A DNA stretch of 64,000 nt from Callorhinchus milii (taxonomy: Eukaryota): NCBI RefSeq assembly GCF_018977255.1, contig NW_024704742.1, positions 70,930,001 through 70,994,000 of the forward strand, written 5' to 3'. Under the pieces are notes generated by a model that saw only the letters and a program-made list of their open reading frames with translations, had not been told where the DNA came from and did no database searches. Positions 61,577 through 64,000 of this stretch are shown here, piece after piece (position 1 is the stretch's first letter; every line of letters begins with the position of its first letter). The position numbers were made by a program, and so were the translations under genes.

Positions 61577-62936
61577 AACGCGATCAACGCGACAGGCAAT
61601 TTGCTCACATTAATGTCCACAAATAGCCATGGAGTGAGTGACCAAGTTTATCTGGGGGATTGTTGGCCAGGACACCAGGAGAGAGAAACTCCCTTCTCTT
61701 TTGCAACAGTGCCATGTCATCCTGAACAAGCGCAGACTTGGTTTTGAGACTGATCCGAAGGATGGCACCTCTGACAATCTGTCTCTCCCCAGGAGTGTGC
61801 TGGGATCGTCAGCCGAGTTTGTGAGTTCCAAGTCCCAACTTGGGGGCTTGAACCCACAACCTTCTGACTCAGAGGTGAGAGTGCTACTGACTGAGCCAGG
61901 TTGAGATGTGAGAAGTTGTGGCTTTCTTCCACTGGCGTTGAGAGCGTTAAGGGTGACCTGACGAAGGGTCATGAGGGGGTTAAAGGGGGTGTGTGGAGGT
62001 AGGGGATTAGACCGGGTGGCTTATTTGAAGAGAAATGCTAGCACAAATGTGATAGATTAAATGGCTAGTTTCTGTTCCGGAACATTCTATAGATTTGCGA
62101 GTTAGACAGTTGGGTCAACCTTTACTGTTGTGTCTGTCTGGGAGGGAGGGAGCAAGGGTCAATTGAACAGTGAGGAATTTATACCATATGACTCAGCCCC
62201 ACAGCAAGTGTGACAAAGCCACTTGTCTCCTCACGGCGTCATTTCTAATCTGACAAGAATATTTTTTTTGACCAACGTTTTGACGAACACGGCTCCTTTA
62301 AGAACTAAACGTGGCTCAGGTCATTGAGAAGAAGAAAGAAATTTGGCGTTTTAATAGCGCCTCGGGAAATGTGGAATGACTGTGTATTTTGTTGTCAAAT
62401 GTGGCAGCCAGTTTGCGCACAGCAATGTCCCACAAACAGTCGTAGATTGAAAATGACCAATTTTATTATTGTTTTTGGTTTTGGAGGGATTATTATTAGG
62501 CTCTGTGTGGAGTAAGGAAACTTGCCCAAGGTTTCGCCCTCTGCCTGGAATTGAACTCAGGTCTCTCACTTGCAAAGCGAGTGCTCTAACCACTGAGCCA
62601 CAGGACTCCACTTACAAACAGCCATGGAGTGAATGACCAATTTTATGTGGGGGATTGTTGGCCAGGACACCGGGAGAGAGAAACTCACTTCTCTTTTCCA
62701 ATAGCACTGCGGGATCTTTAATATCCACCTGAACAGTACTCAGGTGGGAGCTCATTTTAATGTCTCACATGAAGAATGGTGCCTCTGTGCCCTACATGTG
62801 GGCGCTTACTGTGCACATACACTCTCTTCCCACTTTTAAAATCCATTTGAAGACCTCCCTCTGATTGTGTTTTTGGTCATCCCTCCCACCACCCCCTTCA
62901 GACATCACCCCACAGTTTGCCTCTCGATCAGAGGTG

Positions 62937-63390
62937 GTGTCAGCTTGGCACAGTGGTAACACTCTCGCCTCTGAGTCGGAAAATTGTGCATTAAAACCCT
63001 CATGTCAGGACTTGGAATCACGTAGTCTAAGATGACACTCCGTGCTGGGTGGCTGCAGTACTGGGGGGATGTTTGTTTTTACGACATCATTCAGATGAGA
63101 TGTTAAACCAAGGTCCCGTCCACCTGTTCAGGTGGACGTTAAAGATCCCATGGCACTTTCGAAAAGAGCAGGGAGTCTCTCTCTTCCAGTGTTCTGGCCA
63201 AGAATCCTCTAAATAAAATTGGTCACTCACTCCATGACTGTTTGTGGGACACTGCTGTGTCCAATTGGCTGCCGTGTTTCACTGACAAAAACACAATCAA
63301 TCTGCTTTACAACATATACTGTGAAGTGTTTGAGATGTTTCAATGATGTGATAAGGAGCTGTACCAAATCCAAGGATTATTATTATTATG
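62937..63390 (+). mobile_element. SINE family B (DeuSINE-like), near full length
   Basis: Head, GATGAGATGTTAAACC...CAGGTGGACGTTAAAGATCCCATGGCAC core and ATT-ended tail. Confidence 0.85.
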
Positions 63391-64000
63391 GATGTGGGTT
63401 CAAGTTCCCTATCTGGATTTTGAGCTCGCAATCTAGGTTGACAGTCCAGTGCAGTACTGGGGAGAGCAATGCATTTTCAGAGATGCCATTTTTCTAATGA
63501 GACCTTACACCGAGCTACCATCAGTGCCTGTTCAAGTGGACGTTTATGATCCCACTGCATCGATGCTGAGATAGTTCAAATGATTGATCAAATGCAAGGA
63601 TTATTATTATTAAAGGGTTGGTCCTGTCGCACAGTGGGACTCTCTCCAGAGGGGATCGTCCTGGCTATAAATCTCTTTAAGTTGCTGTGTTGTCAGGTTC
63701 GGACTCCACTACCGCTCTGTGCACTGAGGCGAGAGCCATTTGCAGCCCATTTACCCACCGATAAGATCTGCCCAGCGGCCAGGAGTCTGTGATCTGTGGA
63801 GTCAGCCTGTAACCAGGAGCTGAGAGCCTGTGTGGGGAGGAGGCGAGGGGGGAGGCAGGGGCTGGAGAGGAGATGGAAATGAGGAGAGACAGGGGAATGG
63901 GAATGTGGAGAGAACGGGAAATGGGAATGGTGAGAGGAGACAGGAATAGGGAGAGGAAATTGGAATGGGGAGAGAGAGGAGACGGGAATGGGGAGCTCAA

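Noticed and set aside
56879..64000. FGF core-domain exon (YQLYSRTSGKH-type)
   Set aside because: Not found; the remaining exons presumably lie beyond the window.

Overview
Vertebrate genomic DNA, most likely from a cartilaginous fish (inferred from DeuSINE/SacSINE1-like SINEs, abundant L2 and CR1 LINE fragments and degenerate shark-type minisatellites). It is repeat-dense and carries two tandem + strand genes. (1) A divergent nucleophosmin (NPM1-like) gene: nine coding exons between 3693 and 38265, with splice phases, and several exon lengths, matching NPM1; exon 1 and an exon-8 equivalent were not found. (2) The first two coding exons (32 nt and 37 nt, signal peptide) of an FGF8/17/18/24-subfamily gene at 56630-56878. 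The tandem Npm->Fgf arrangement and the divergence from NPM1/FGF18 suggest the fourth paralogous pair, npm4-type plus fgf24 (inference). The most unusual observation is in Npm intron 4: three non-repetitive, same-strand exon-like segments (9947-10311, 11132-11318, 14229-~14390) with canonical splice sites and compatible phases. Together they spell an unidentified ~200-aa protein interrupted by two in-frame TGA codons, and the last acceptor sits inside a 32-bp near-perfect hairpin. The same intron holds a decayed SPIN/Buster-like hAT transposon inserted into a SINE with a recoverable 8-bp target-site duplication. Repeat boundaries are approximate and only representative copies are listed.
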